Positions 1 to 9,431 of a stretch of 64,000 bases of DNA are shown piece after piece. Each line of letters opens with the position of its first letter. The first letter of the stretch is position 1. The notes under the pieces are model-generated. The model saw only the letters and a list, made by a program, of their open reading frames with translations. It was not told the DNA's origin and did not search any database. A program made the translations under genes and the position numbers. This DNA comes from an uncultured Gemmatimonadaceae bacterium. Its GTDB lineage: Bacteria > Gemmatimonadota > Gemmatimonadetes > Gemmatimonadales > Gemmatimonadaceae. The stretch covers positions 448,001 through 512,000 of the forward strand of contig CAVXGK010000001.1 in assembly GCA_963761305.1 (NCBI GenBank), given 5' to 3'.

Positions 1-1
1 C

Positions 2-229
2 TTCGTCTTCGAGCGATTGCGATCGAGTCGCGGCAGCGTGCCGAGTGACTGGACTGTGCCGGCGCGGACGTCGATGCCGGTCGGCAGGCCATCGCTGACG
101 ATCGCCGACCTCGATACCTTCGACGCAAAGACCTACGCCGAGCGTCTCGACGCGTGGTGTCGGGCGACGCTGGGGATGTGGGGCGCGCACGAACCCTCCG
201 CGCTTCCAGCGGAGGGAGCCCGGCCGTGA
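2..229 (+). CDS. 3' end of a hypothetical protein (DUF5946-like C-terminus), cut by the window edge
   Basis: Open frame from the window edge ending ...LTIADLDTFDAKTYAERLDAWCRATLGMW; its stop overlaps the next start (GTGA). Confidence 0.5.
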   Translation, partial: FVFERLRSSRGSVPSDWTVPARTSMPVGRPSLTIADLDTFDAKTYAERLDAWCRATLGMWGAHEPSALPAEGARP

Positions 230-651
230 CCGAATACACAACGATGGTCGTCATCGACGCGCCGCCGGAGCGCGTGTGGCAGATCTTGACCGACGCGAGC
301 GGATATCAAGAGTGGAATCCGGAGATCATCGGCGTCGAAGGACGCATGGCACTTGGCGAGCGAATCGTCGCCCGTGTGCGGCTGGGCGACGGAGCGCTGC
401 GACGGGTGCCAATGAAGGTGACGCGATTCGAGACGCCGTCGCGCATGGAATGGGTCGGCGGGATGCCGCTCGGACTGTTCGTTGGGCGGCGGACGTTCAC
501 GGTGACGCCGCGTGCCGGCGGTTGCGAGTTTCGGCTGCATCTCGAGATGAGCGGATTGCTATCGGGGCTCGTCGTCAAGTCGGTTGGAGATCGACAGCCG
601 GAAGTAGACAGTTTTTCGGCAGCGCTCAAGCGCCGAGCTGAGGCTGGCTGA
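226..651 (+). CDS. SRPBCC/polyketide cyclase-like domain protein
   Basis: IDAPPERVWQILTD...YQEWNP is the SRPBCC N-terminal signature; GTG at 226 is coupled to the upstream stop. Confidence 0.85.
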   Translation: MTEYTTMVVIDAPPERVWQILTDASGYQEWNPEIIGVEGRMALGERIVARVRLGDGALRRVPMKVTRFETPSRMEWVGGMPLGLFVGRRTFTVTPRAGGCEFRLHLEMSGLLSGLVVKSVGDRQPEVDSFSAALKRRAEAG

Positions 652-667
652 CTGCGCGCTTTCCGCT

Positions 668-2272
668 CTACCTGAGCCGGACTCTCGCGAGGTGAATCCC
701 CTTCGCGTCGCGCATCGAGAGATACACGACTTTCCCTTTCCCGAATCCGACGAGAGTGTAGCCGGGCGGAACTTGAAGACGATCGCTCAAGTCGCCTTGC
801 TTGTTGATCACATCGTACACGGGACCGCCGGGCACCGGCTTCGCGGGATTCGTGCGAACCCAGAGGTTGCCGTCGGCATCGGCGCGCGCGGCGCCGGCGA
901 CGAACGGCGGGCGATAGTCTGGGAGCTCGTCGGGCGGAACGACGAATAGCTCGCGAATCGTCGGCGGTGGTGGTGCGACGCCGCCGGTCACGACGATCGG
1001 CGACGGAATGCACGACGGCGTTCCACCCTGTGGTCCGGGCGCACCCGGGAAAGCCGGACCGCCAGCCAGAATCGGTGCGCCCGCTACCGGCGCCGCGCCG
1101 GGAGCGGGAGTCGACGACGCGATCATCTTCGGCTCTTCACCGGCGGCGCACGAATAGATGTAGTTCGGGGGGAACGTCACGCCGGGTGGAAGCTTCCAAT
1201 CCTTCGACAGCCCGTTCTGCGGCACGAACTTGTCGGGAACCTTGAAATCCTTCGGGTAGGGTTTCTCGTACATGTTCGTCCAGCGGATCATCGCCGCGAC
1301 GTAGGTGCCCATCTGCGAGCGACGATTGGCGTCCTTCACCGAGTCGACGAATTTCTGCTTGTCGTCGTCGCCGAGACGCTGCCAGTCGAATGGCACCTTG
1401 GGCGACGACGTCCACGAGCCGTCGGGCTGGTGATAGTCGATCCGATAGTCTCGGCCGCGCAGGAAGGCGACCGAGCCGGTGGGCAGCACGGCCCACTCGT
1501 CGGTCGTCGGCAGCGGGTTCGTCATCACCGTGAGGGACAGGAACCCTTCAGCCGATTGATGAATCTGATAGTCGACTTTTGGAATCTTGACGGCGCCGAG
1601 CGTGTCGAGCTTGCGGGTGTCGAGATCGATGGCGACGATGAAGGCCGAGTCCGGGGGCGACGGGAAGTACGGGACGCCCGCCGGCGGCGCGACCTTCGGC
1701 GGCCCCGGACGCGCCGAGATGCGGTAGATGACGCGACCGCGCCCGTCGGTCGCCGGCCAGCCGAAGTTGCCGGTCGTGTTGGTGTACGAGAAGATGTCGT
1801 CCGGGCTCCACGCCGAGCGGACGCGGACGATGTGGGCGGTCGGGTCGAGAATGAGCGCGGCGTACGACGCGGGGTCGACGAACAGCATCGAGTCGGCGCG
1901 ATACGGGATGAGCATTCCGGGCCGCGTGCCGTACGTGTTGGCGACTTCGGCCAGCGAGTCGAGCACGACCTCGACCGTCTTGAGCGTCGTGTCCATCAAC
2001 ACGAGCCGGCGACGGACGCCGTCGTTCACCAGCACGCGCCCGTCGGCGAGCTCCAACACGCTGGTGATGGCGCCGATGTCTTCGGTGGAGACGGCGGACG
2101 CGGTCGAGATGCGTCGGACCGGCGGGCCGATCATCGCCCTGTGCGTCGTGTCGGGCGGCGGCGCGATGGCCGGTTTACGCGCTGAGTCAGATTGGGCGGC
2201 GAGGAACGACGGCGCCGTGAGCGTGGCGGCGATGGCGATGGCCGCAATGCGCGACGAGTGTGTCGTGTTCAT
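668..2272 (-). CDS. Secreted hypothetical protein, beta-propeller-like, with Pro-rich insert
   Basis: Signal peptide MNTTHSSRIAAIAIAATLTAPSFLAAQ; blade-like motifs (ELADGRVLVND, DADGNLWVRT); ATGA overlap with the upstream receptor gene. The ORF-track start at 3928 is a spurious extension. Confidence 0.8.
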   Translation of the reverse strand: MNTTHSSRIAAIAIAATLTAPSFLAAQSDSARKPAIAPPPDTTHRAMIGPPVRRISTASAVSTEDIGAITSVLELADGRVLVNDGVRRRLVLMDTTLKTVEVVLDSLAEVANTYGTRPGMLIPYRADSMLFVDPASYAALILDPTAHIVRVRSAWSPDDIFSYTNTTGNFGWPATDGRGRVIYRISARPGPPKVAPPAGVPYFPSPPDSAFIVAIDLDTRKLDTLGAVKIPKVDYQIHQSAEGFLSLTVMTNPLPTTDEWAVLPTGSVAFLRGRDYRIDYHQPDGSWTSSPKVPFDWQRLGDDDKQKFVDSVKDANRRSQMGTYVAAMIRWTNMYEKPYPKDFKVPDKFVPQNGLSKDWKLPPGVTFPPNYIYSCAAGEEPKMIASSTPAPGAAPVAGAPILAGGPAFPGAPGPQGGTPSCIPSPIVVTGGVAPPPPTIRELFVVPPDELPDYRPPFVAGAARADADGNLWVRTNPAKPVPGGPVYDVINKQGDLSDRLQVPPGYTLVGFGKGKVVYLSMRDAKGIHLARVRLR

Positions 2273-5200
2273 CGTGAAATACTCACGGCGACAAAGTCCG
2301 CTCCGCCGCCGCCGACAAAGATCGGCGCGCCGAAGATGGGCGAAATCCCTCCCACGTACAGCGAGGTGCCATCGCGCACCGAGGCGAGATACAGTGGGTC
2401 GAGCGAGTTGAGTGTGAGTTGCGGGAGCTTTCGCAGCTGGTCCGGCGTGAGCAGTCCACGAATCGTCGGCGCGAGAGAGGAGATCATCCCGATTTGGGCG
2501 CGACGCGCGAAGATGAAGCGATCGAACGCCTCGCCTTCGTTGTAGCGCTCGGGAAGACGGGCGAGATAGCGCGCGACGGGCGCCCACAGCGAATCGCAGC
2601 GATAGGTGTAGCGGCGGTTCATCGCCGCCAGGCTGTCCGCCTGCACGACGGTGAGATGCAGCGAATCCTGCTGCCGGATGATGACCGACATCGGATTCGA
2701 GATGCTGTTCACGCCGACGAGCCGAAAGAGCTGCTCCGGCGTGCGCGAGCCGGGCAGCGTACGGCCGACGCCGAGCTGCATGCCGAGCGTCTGCCGCTCG
2801 CGCATCTCGCCGACGTCCACGCGAACCTGCGTCGTGAACACGACCGGCGAACGCAGCACGACGAGCGCCGGGCTCGTGGCTCCGAAGCGCTGGTTCACCT
2901 GGTAGTTGTACCGATTGGTCGTCGGGTCGAAACCATGGACGTAGAGCAGGCTCGGGTCCGGCGCGTACGTCTGTCCCCATCCCTTGAGGTGACCCGAACC
3001 GTTGAGCGCGAGGTCCGCCGCACCCAGCGGATTGTTGAGCGAGAACGAGACGTTGGCGCGCTGCGGCATGCGGAACTTGGCGCGGTCGAGCTGCAGCTGA
3101 ATGTTCGCCGTGGAGCTCCACGGAGTGCCGCAGCTGTTGCGCGACGCGATGTGGCCGAGCTGTGCCTCGAGACAATCGCGCGTCCCGCCGGTGGCGTTGT
3201 CGAGCAACTGCCGCATCCCGTTCGACAGCGCCGTGTCGGCGACCGTGTTGGGATTGTAGATGAACGCGCGGTCGTTGCTGTAGCCGTCGCCGTTCACGTC
3301 GCCGGCGATCATGGGCGTGAACTTGTTTCCCGAACGGAATTGCCCATTCCACGTGATCGCCGCGGCGTTGAACAAGTTGTAGCGAAGGTTGTAGCTGATC
3401 TGGTGCGGACCGGCGCCGTTCGTCGCCCAGACGACGTCGAGCGGATTGCCCGCCGTGTTCGAGAAGCCGGAGACCTGCTCTCGCGTGTGGAGATAGGTGT
3501 ACGTCGCCGACCAGGTGAACTTGGTGGGGCCGTGCGGCACGGGCGCGAACGACACCTGGATCTGCGACGAGCGCGACTGGAGATCCGAGCGGATCTCGTT
3601 CACGTGCGTGTAGGACGACGTGACGCGCGCGTCGCCCGGGGCGATCGTGCCGGTGGTCGGCACGATGTCGGCCGCCTGCGCGTATACGGGCCGCCCGTCG
3701 TCGAGCGTGAACTGTTGCGCCGGTTTGAAGTTGAGGTCGAACGTGCGCTGCTGATTCAGGTTGAGCGAGTACGTGCCCGCGAGCCCGAGCGAGTAGCGGC
3801 CGTCGAGGATGCTGCCGTTCCACGAGGTGTTGGCGCGCACCGAGCGCGGCGCGTGATAGTCGTGCGAGATGAGGTAGACGTTCGGCGCCGTGACGGCGAA
3901 CGGAGTGCCCAGCGTACCGTCGGCGCACGTGGTCGGGACGGAGCCGGGGTCGTTCTCATACGCTGACCAATTCGGAATCGGTGCCGCCGGTCCGACGCAC
4001 GTGATCTGCTGCGCACCCGAGGCGAGTCCCGTGTTGTCGAGCGCCGAGCCGATGAGACCGACGCTCGGATTGTTGCTGTATACGCCGATGTTGGCCCGCA
4101 GCACTGCGCGCGGGGCCCGCTGCGCGCCGGTAAAGGCGAAGATCTCCGGCGCCTCGCCAAGTGTTTTCTGGAAGCCGATGCGCGGACTGATGGCGATCGG
4201 CGACGGGACATGGTCGTTGCGCACGCCGAACACGCGGTCGACGTCGGGGTTGTAGAGCGGCGTCGTGGCGTAGTGGGCGCCGTCGACGCGCAGGCCGTAT
4301 TGAATCTGAAGATCCTGCGTGCGCCGGTATGAATCGCCTAGCGACGCGCCGGCCAGGAACAGATTGATCGAGCGGTCGTACGCCGTGAGGTTGCGCGTGA
4401 ACGACGCCGGCGCACCGTTGGCGAGATCGGAGAGCGAATTGAACGTGAACGTGCCCAGCCGGTTGGCCGACTGGTTGATCGACGACCCGTTGTAGTTGAA
4501 CTCCGTCTCCAGCTTGAGCCGGTGCTTGTTCGCGTTGTCGAACCAGGAAAGTACGTTCTGGACGCCGGCGTTGGTGGATTGCGACGTGGAGCTGAGCGAC
4601 TGGCTGCCGCCGAACGTGAGGTTCGACACGCCGCTGGCGCCGTCGGGAAGGTCGGAGCTGACGCGCACGTTGCCGGCCGGCAGCGTCAGGTAGGGCGTCC
4701 CGTAGTTGCGCGACACGCTCATCGTCGCCTGCGACTCGCTGAGCGTGTTGCCGATGTATCCGCTGTGGCGGCCTTGCAGGCCGCCGGTCCAACTGATTCG
4801 GTCGCCGCTCGCCGACGCCAGCGACGTCGCGCCGCCGAACGCCGGATTCTGCCGCGACCAATTCGCGTTGTAGGTGAGACCGACCGACTGCCCGCTGCTG
4901 GACGTCGGCGGTGAAAACGTCACATTGCCGAAGAGCGAGCCGTTGTCGCTGAGCCGCGTCGGGTGCAGACCGCCAGCGGTCGTCGACAGCCCGCGCTGCG
5001 CCAGAATGCCGAGCAGATTCTTCACCGAATCAGCGGCGACGCCGGCAGTGAGGAATCCCAGCGGCGTCGTATTGAGCAGGGTCGCGTTGTCGCGCATCTG
5101 GCGGCCAAGTTGATACGACAAACTATAGAACGACCGGTTGTAGCTGATCGGCCCGGAGAACACGCCGCCCAACGAGAGATTCGTGTACTCGGTGCCGATC

Positions 5201-6036
5201 GCCTGCGCCGCACGATCCGTCCACTCGAGCGTGGGCGAGTTGAACACGAAGCTCGTGCCGCGCGTGCGGAAGTTCGACCCTGACGAGGCGGTGAGATTGA
5301 AATTCCCGCCGCTGAACCCGCCGCGAGACACGTCGAGCGTGGACGTCGACAGCGACGACGAGACCTGCGCGTCGCGTGGCAGGTTGCTCGAGTTGAACGA
5401 CTGCCCGTTCATCGTCGTCGTGTTTTGATCGGCGCCGAGTCCGAGGACGGAGAACCCGTCGGGCTGTCCGTCGAGTCCGGGGATGAGCGTCACGCCGGGG
5501 AGCGATGCGGCCATCGACGCCAGGTCGCCCTGGAGTTCGGGCGGCAGGTTGGAGTTGGTGACCGTCTGCTCGCTGCCGCTCACATCGGGCGTCTGGTTGT
5601 TGCGATTTATGCGTTGCTGATTCGACGCGGTGGCCACGACGGTGTCCAACTGCACGACGGCGAGTCGAGCGTCGGCGATCAAGACATCCTCGTCGGCCAC
5701 CTGCTTGATCTCGAACTGCTTGAACGCGTAGCCGATGAGCGAGAAGCCCATGATATAGTCGTGCGGGCCGCCGGCGAACGCGATCTGGTAGCCCCCATCC
5801 CGGTTCGTCCGCGCCTCGCGCGTGACGTTGCCGGGGATCGACGTGGCGGTGACGCGCACGTTCAGGAGCGGCAGGCCTTCCACCGTGAGCACGCGTCCGC
5901 GAATGACGTCGGTCTGCGCGGCGGCGTGCGACGCGCTGACGCCGAGTCCGGCCGCAGCGAAGAACGCACAAGACAAAAGGCGACGGGTGCAGCGAGCAAC
6001 GACCATCGGGATCCGACGCATCGAGCCCCCGGACAT
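2269..6036 (-). CDS. Oar/TonB-dependent-receptor-like outer-membrane protein with N-terminal carboxypeptidase-regulatory-like domain
   Basis: Signal peptide; VIRGRV...VRVTA...RTNRDGGYQI domain; plug-like region (SVLGLGADQNTTTMNG, SRGGFSGG); amphipathic beta strands; GDVNGDGYSNDRAFI motif. Start may be 6021. Confidence 0.85.
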   Translation of the reverse strand: MSGGSMRRIPMVVARCTRRLLSCAFFAAAGLGVSASHAAAQTDVIRGRVLTVEGLPLLNVRVTATSIPGNVTREARTNRDGGYQIAFAGGPHDYIMGFSLIGYAFKQFEIKQVADEDVLIADARLAVVQLDTVVATASNQQRINRNNQTPDVSGSEQTVTNSNLPPELQGDLASMAASLPGVTLIPGLDGQPDGFSVLGLGADQNTTTMNGQSFNSSNLPRDAQVSSSLSTSTLDVSRGGFSGGNFNLTASSGSNFRTRGTSFVFNSPTLEWTDRAAQAIGTEYTNLSLGGVFSGPISYNRSFYSLSYQLGRQMRDNATLLNTTPLGFLTAGVAADSVKNLLGILAQRGLSTTAGGLHPTRLSDNGSLFGNVTFSPPTSSSGQSVGLTYNANWSRQNPAFGGATSLASASGDRISWTGGLQGRHSGYIGNTLSESQATMSVSRNYGTPYLTLPAGNVRVSSDLPDGASGVSNLTFGGSQSLSSTSQSTNAGVQNVLSWFDNANKHRLKLETEFNYNGSSINQSANRLGTFTFNSLSDLANGAPASFTRNLTAYDRSINLFLAGASLGDSYRRTQDLQIQYGLRVDGAHYATTPLYNPDVDRVFGVRNDHVPSPIAISPRIGFQKTLGEAPEIFAFTGAQRAPRAVLRANIGVYSNNPSVGLIGSALDNTGLASGAQQITCVGPAAPIPNWSAYENDPGSVPTTCADGTLGTPFAVTAPNVYLISHDYHAPRSVRANTSWNGSILDGRYSLGLAGTYSLNLNQQRTFDLNFKPAQQFTLDDGRPVYAQAADIVPTTGTIAPGDARVTSSYTHVNEIRSDLQSRSSQIQVSFAPVPHGPTKFTWSATYTYLHTREQVSGFSNTAGNPLDVVWATNGAGPHQISYNLRYNLFNAAAITWNGQFRSGNKFTPMIAGDVNGDGYSNDRAFIYNPNTVADTALSNGMRQLLDNATGGTRDCLEAQLGHIASRNSCGTPWSSTANIQLQLDRAKFRMPQRANVSFSLNNPLGAADLALNGSGHLKGWGQTYAPDPSLLYVHGFDPTTNRYNYQVNQRFGATSPALVVLRSPVVFTTQVRVDVGEMRERQTLGMQLGVGRTLPGSRTPEQLFRLVGVNSISNPMSVIIRQQDSLHLTVVQADSLAAMNRRYTYRCDSLWAPVARYLARLPERYNEGEAFDRFIFARRAQIGMISSLAPTIRGLLTPDQLRKLPQLTLNSLDPLYLASVRDGTSLYVGGISPIFGAPIFVGGGGADFVAVSISR

Positions 6037-6223
6037 TTCAGGGTGGGTGAGCCACGCTACGAACGCCCGGCGAGCGGGTCAAGGCGTTCGTTCAGTCGTC
6101 GGCCCATCTTTAATCAAGTGCTAATGCGAGGTCCCTATGGCCGGGGTCGTCGCATGTCACTTGATAGCGTTGGACACGTGGCGACGGAGTTTCGTTGCTC
6201 CGTCGCGCGATCGACTCGGCCTC

Positions 6224-7435
6224 TTACGGCCAGCGAATGGGGGCGGGTGTCAGGTGCGGGACGATCGTGCCGTCGCCGAGTCCGCCGTCGGAGTTGTCGC
6301 CCCAGCAGTAGACGGCGTGGCCCGTAACGACGCCGCAGGTGTACCCGGTGCCGCTGGAAATGCTGAGGAAGGTCAGGCCGCCGGCGACGGCCGTGGGCGC
6401 GGAGCGGTGGTCCGTGCTTCCGTCTCCGATCGCGCCGAAGTTGTAGCCCCAGCAGTAGCCGGCGCCGGACACGGTTACGCCACACATCGTCTCGTACCCG
6501 GCCGAGAGACTCTGAAACGTCAGGTCACCGGAGACGGCCACCGGCGACGGTCGGCGTATCAGGCCGTCGGACGTGCCGCTCGAGCCGTCGCCGACGGTGC
6601 CGTAGAAGTTGTCGCCCCAACAGTAGGCTTTGCCGGCCGACGTGAGACCGCAGACTGTATGACCGCCGCCGACGAGGCTCTCGAACGTGAGGTCCCCTGA
6701 AACGGCGACGGGCGTCTGGCTCGTCCTGCTGTTGCCATCGCCGAGCTGGCCGGAGTTGCCGAGCCCCCAGCAAAACGCGGAGCCGGTGGTGGCGAGGCCG
6801 CAGGTGTAATCGGCGCCGGCGACGATGCTCTGGAAGCTGAGGCTCGGGGCAGCGGCAGTCGGAACGAGATGGCCGCCCGTCGAGCCGTCGCCGAACGCCC
6901 CGTTGGCGCTGAATCCCCAGCAGTAGGCCGCGCCGCCCGTCGTGACGCCGCACGTGTGACCGTCGCCGATGGCGAGGTCCTTGAACGCGAGGCCGCCGGC
7001 CACCGGCGTCGGGTTCGTGTGGTCCGTCGTCGTGCCATCGCCCAACTGTCCTCGGTCGTTCTCACCCCAGCAGTACGCCGCGCCGGTGGTGGACAACGCG
7101 CAGGAAATCTCAGCGGCTTTGGAGACGAAGACTCGCTGGAACGTGACGTTGGTTCCGGCCGAGATCGGCGTCGGCGCCAGGATCGGCGTGTCGCCGGTCT
7201 GCGGCTGGCCGGCGACGATGTACCCCCAGCAGTACGCCGCGCCGGTCGTCGAGACCGCGCACGTGTGCTCCGCCGCCGTTATCGACGCGATCGCCGGCGG
7301 AGTGCCGTCCCCCGTCTGCGGTTGCGACGGATTCAGATCCGTCGCCGTCGGACTGCACGCCGGTGAGAGAACACCGAGCGTCAGTGCCAGGACCGCCGAC
7401 TTTCGGCGGAACGAGTGCAACAAAGAGTAAACCAT
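6224..7435 (-). CDS. RCC1-repeat lipoprotein
   Basis: About seven HTC/TCGxTxxGxAYCWGxNxxGQLGDG repeats; lipobox-like LSPAC after a basic/hydrophobic leader. Confidence 0.9.
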   Translation of the reverse strand: MVYSLLHSFRRKSAVLALTLGVLSPACSPTATDLNPSQPQTGDGTPPAIASITAAEHTCAVSTTGAAYCWGYIVAGQPQTGDTPILAPTPISAGTNVTFQRVFVSKAAEISCALSTTGAAYCWGENDRGQLGDGTTTDHTNPTPVAGGLAFKDLAIGDGHTCGVTTGGAAYCWGFSANGAFGDGSTGGHLVPTAAAPSLSFQSIVAGADYTCGLATTGSAFCWGLGNSGQLGDGNSRTSQTPVAVSGDLTFESLVGGGHTVCGLTSAGKAYCWGDNFYGTVGDGSSGTSDGLIRRPSPVAVSGDLTFQSLSAGYETMCGVTVSGAGYCWGYNFGAIGDGSTDHRSAPTAVAGGLTFLSISSGTGYTCGVVTGHAVYCWGDNSDGGLGDGTIVPHLTPAPIRWP

Positions 7436-7438
7436 TGT

Positions 7439-7497
7439 CTGCGTTTTCAGCCTGAGCCGAGGTCTAGGGCAGACCTCCGCCCAGACTGAATACGCAG
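7439..7497 (-). promoter_or_regulatory. 59-nt near-perfect hairpin immediately upstream of the RCC1 start codon
   Basis: On the minus strand CTGCGT/ACGCAG, TTCAG/CTGAA, TCTGGGC/GCTCAGG and GAGGTCT/AGACCTC pair around a GCCCT loop. Confidence 0.55.
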
Positions 7498-7647
7498 CCA
7501 CTCTAGTGAGCTGGACATCCTCCGCAGTTTCCCGGTCCACCGGTTCACCCGTTCGCCGCGGCGTCGGGCCGTGGCGCGCCTTCGTGCCGGACGATCTACG
7601 TCACGTGCGGTAGATTCGCGGCCTCGTGCTCGTCAAGGTCGACACGC

Positions 7648-8337
7648 TCACGCCGTAGCCACTCCACGAAACACGGCGTCGTACTCGGCCAAATGACGGT
7701 CGAGGTGGCGCCGGCGGTATTGCATGATCGACCGCGGATGCTCGACGCACCGCACTTCGCGGAAGAACTCGTGGCGAGCGTTGAGCTCTTCCATCACGCG
7801 AAAATTCTTGCCCTTGCCGATTACTATCGCGCGATCGGTGCGCCCGCCAATCGCGATCTGCCGCCGGATCGACGCCACGATGAACGGCTCCGTCGCGCGC
7901 ACGAGGGCCGGCACGTCGTAGTAGTTGAGGTTCACGCCGCCGCGCGTGAAGCCGAGCGGGCACATGGCGGTGAGAAAGAAGCGGCGATAGAACTCGCGCA
8001 CGCCGAACGAGCGGTTGATGAAGTCGTAGATGAAGATCGACGACAGCTCCCGTTTGCGCTGCAAGTCGTTGGCGACGCCGCAGAAGTCGGCGAGCGCCAC
8101 GGGGTCGGTGAAGGTGATGCCGGTGATGCCGGCGCCGAAGCGGCCGGGATTGATCCCGAAGACGAGCGTACGCGGATGGTTGTCGGCGAAGTAGTCGTCG
8201 AGGAAGGCGCGGACGTACGCCATCACTCGCTGATTCTTGTAGGGATTCATCACGACGACGCCGCGCGGCACCTTCGGCGCGTCGAGATCGCGATAGAAGC
8301 GCAGCGCGCGCGACGCGAACGTCGTGGCGCTTTTCAT
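7648..8337 (-). CDS. SMUG2-like (DUF4918) uracil-DNA glycosylase family protein
   Basis: GINPGRFGAGITGITFTDP, CPLGF...NLNYYD and EHPR.IMQYRRR motifs; ATG at 8337 overlaps the upstream stop. Confidence 0.85.
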   Translation of the reverse strand: MKSATTFASRALRFYRDLDAPKVPRGVVVMNPYKNQRVMAYVRAFLDDYFADNHPRTLVFGINPGRFGAGITGITFTDPVALADFCGVANDLQRKRELSSIFIYDFINRSFGVREFYRRFFLTAMCPLGFTRGGVNLNYYDVPALVRATEPFIVASIRRQIAIGGRTDRAIVIGKGKNFRVMEELNARHEFFREVRCVEHPRSIMQYRRRHLDRHLAEYDAVFRGVATA

Positions 8338-9431
8338 CCCGCGCTGAGTCGCTTGGCCAATCGGTCGCGCAAAATCCGGAAAAACGTCTGCAGGTCGGCG
8401 AACGTCACGTGCGGATCGTTGTTGTAGTCGACGAGTGGGGCGTCGTAGTGCTTCTTGGCGAGTGAATCGACGAGCTGCCGTGCTTCGCGCATCGCCGGCC
8501 CCGTTTTGTTCCATTCGCCGATCATTTCCTCCGACGCGCGCTTGAATGCACAGAAGATGCCGACGGTTTTCTGATCTGCAGGGCACTTCTGGCCGTCCGC
8601 CTTGTTCCATTTGTCGGGAGCGCCGAGGATGTCGCGGGCTCGATCAACGATCTGGATATCGACGGCCGTGAGCGGATCCGGCACCGGCGGACACACGGGC
8701 AGCGGCGGAAGCGGCTTGTCCGGACCGCCGGTCATTCTCGACAACGCCTCGGCGAAGATCGAACGGACGTCGGAGAGTTTCGTCGTCGAGTCGTTGTTGT
8801 AGCCCATCAGCCGGTGCTCGTAGTTGCGTCCGACCGTTCGCCCCTCGATCACGACGCGGACGGTTTCCATGGCGGGGCGACGATGGTGAGCGCCGCACGC
8901 CGCCAGCTCGGAGGCTCTCTGCAGGGCGCAGTAGATGCTCCACGTCTCCTCCGACGCGGGACATCGCCGGTTGTCGGCGCGGTTCCACACGTCCACCGAC
9001 GACAGCAATGCGTCCGCGCGGCGCACGATCTCTCGATCGAGGTCGTTGGGCGGAACCGTCGCTGAGGTGTCGACGTCGAACGCGAGCAAGGTTGGCGTGG
9101 CGCGATACGCGCTCACGGCGTACCAACCATCCGCGGTGCGGAGAACGCCTGTCGCGGACGGCGCATATGACTCCAACTCGACGTCGCGGGTCGAGCTGTC
9201 TTCGCCAGTGATGTTGCCAGCCCATACCGCCGTCGGATCAGCGTCTTTGCGCCAGCGCCCACTGGTGATCGCCTTCGTCGGTTTGAGACGGAGCTTGGAC
9301 GGCTGGCCGAGCAAGCGGCAGGATCCTTCCCACCGGTGGACGAGCTTGTTTGCCTCGTGAAGCTCGCAGTGGGCCGGGGGCGCCGATGCGCTCACGGCCA
9401 CGAGGACGACCATCATGGCACTGGCTAGCAT
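8334..9431 (-). CDS. Secreted hypothetical protein with two tandem copies of a ~100-aa helical domain (DUF6197-like)
   Basis: Signal peptide; internal duplication IVRRA...WNRADNRRCP...IYCAL...LMGYNND versus IVDRA...WNKADGQKCP...IFCAF...LVDYNND. Confidence 0.7.
   Translation of the reverse strand: MLASAMMVVLVAVSASAPPAHCELHEANKLVHRWEGSCRLLGQPSKLRLKPTKAITSGRWRKDADPTAVWAGNITGEDSSTRDVELESYAPSATGVLRTADGWYAVSAYRATPTLLAFDVDTSATVPPNDLDREIVRRADALLSSVDVWNRADNRRCPASEETWSIYCALQRASELAACGAHHRRPAMETVRVVIEGRTVGRNYEHRLMGYNNDSTTKLSDVRSIFAEALSRMTGGPDKPLPPLPVCPPVPDPLTAVDIQIVDRARDILGAPDKWNKADGQKCPADQKTVGIFCAFKRASEEMIGEWNKTGPAMREARQLVDSLAKKHYDAPLVDYNNDPHVTFADLQTFFRILRDRLAKRLSAG

Noticed and set aside
2273..3928. 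N-terminal half of the 1086-aa ORF, and similar long Arg-rich overlapping ORFs (e.g. the 59010-60644 extension)
   Set aside because: Shadow frames of high-GC coding DNA overlapping well-supported genes; real starts are marked by signal peptides or coupled stop/start codons.
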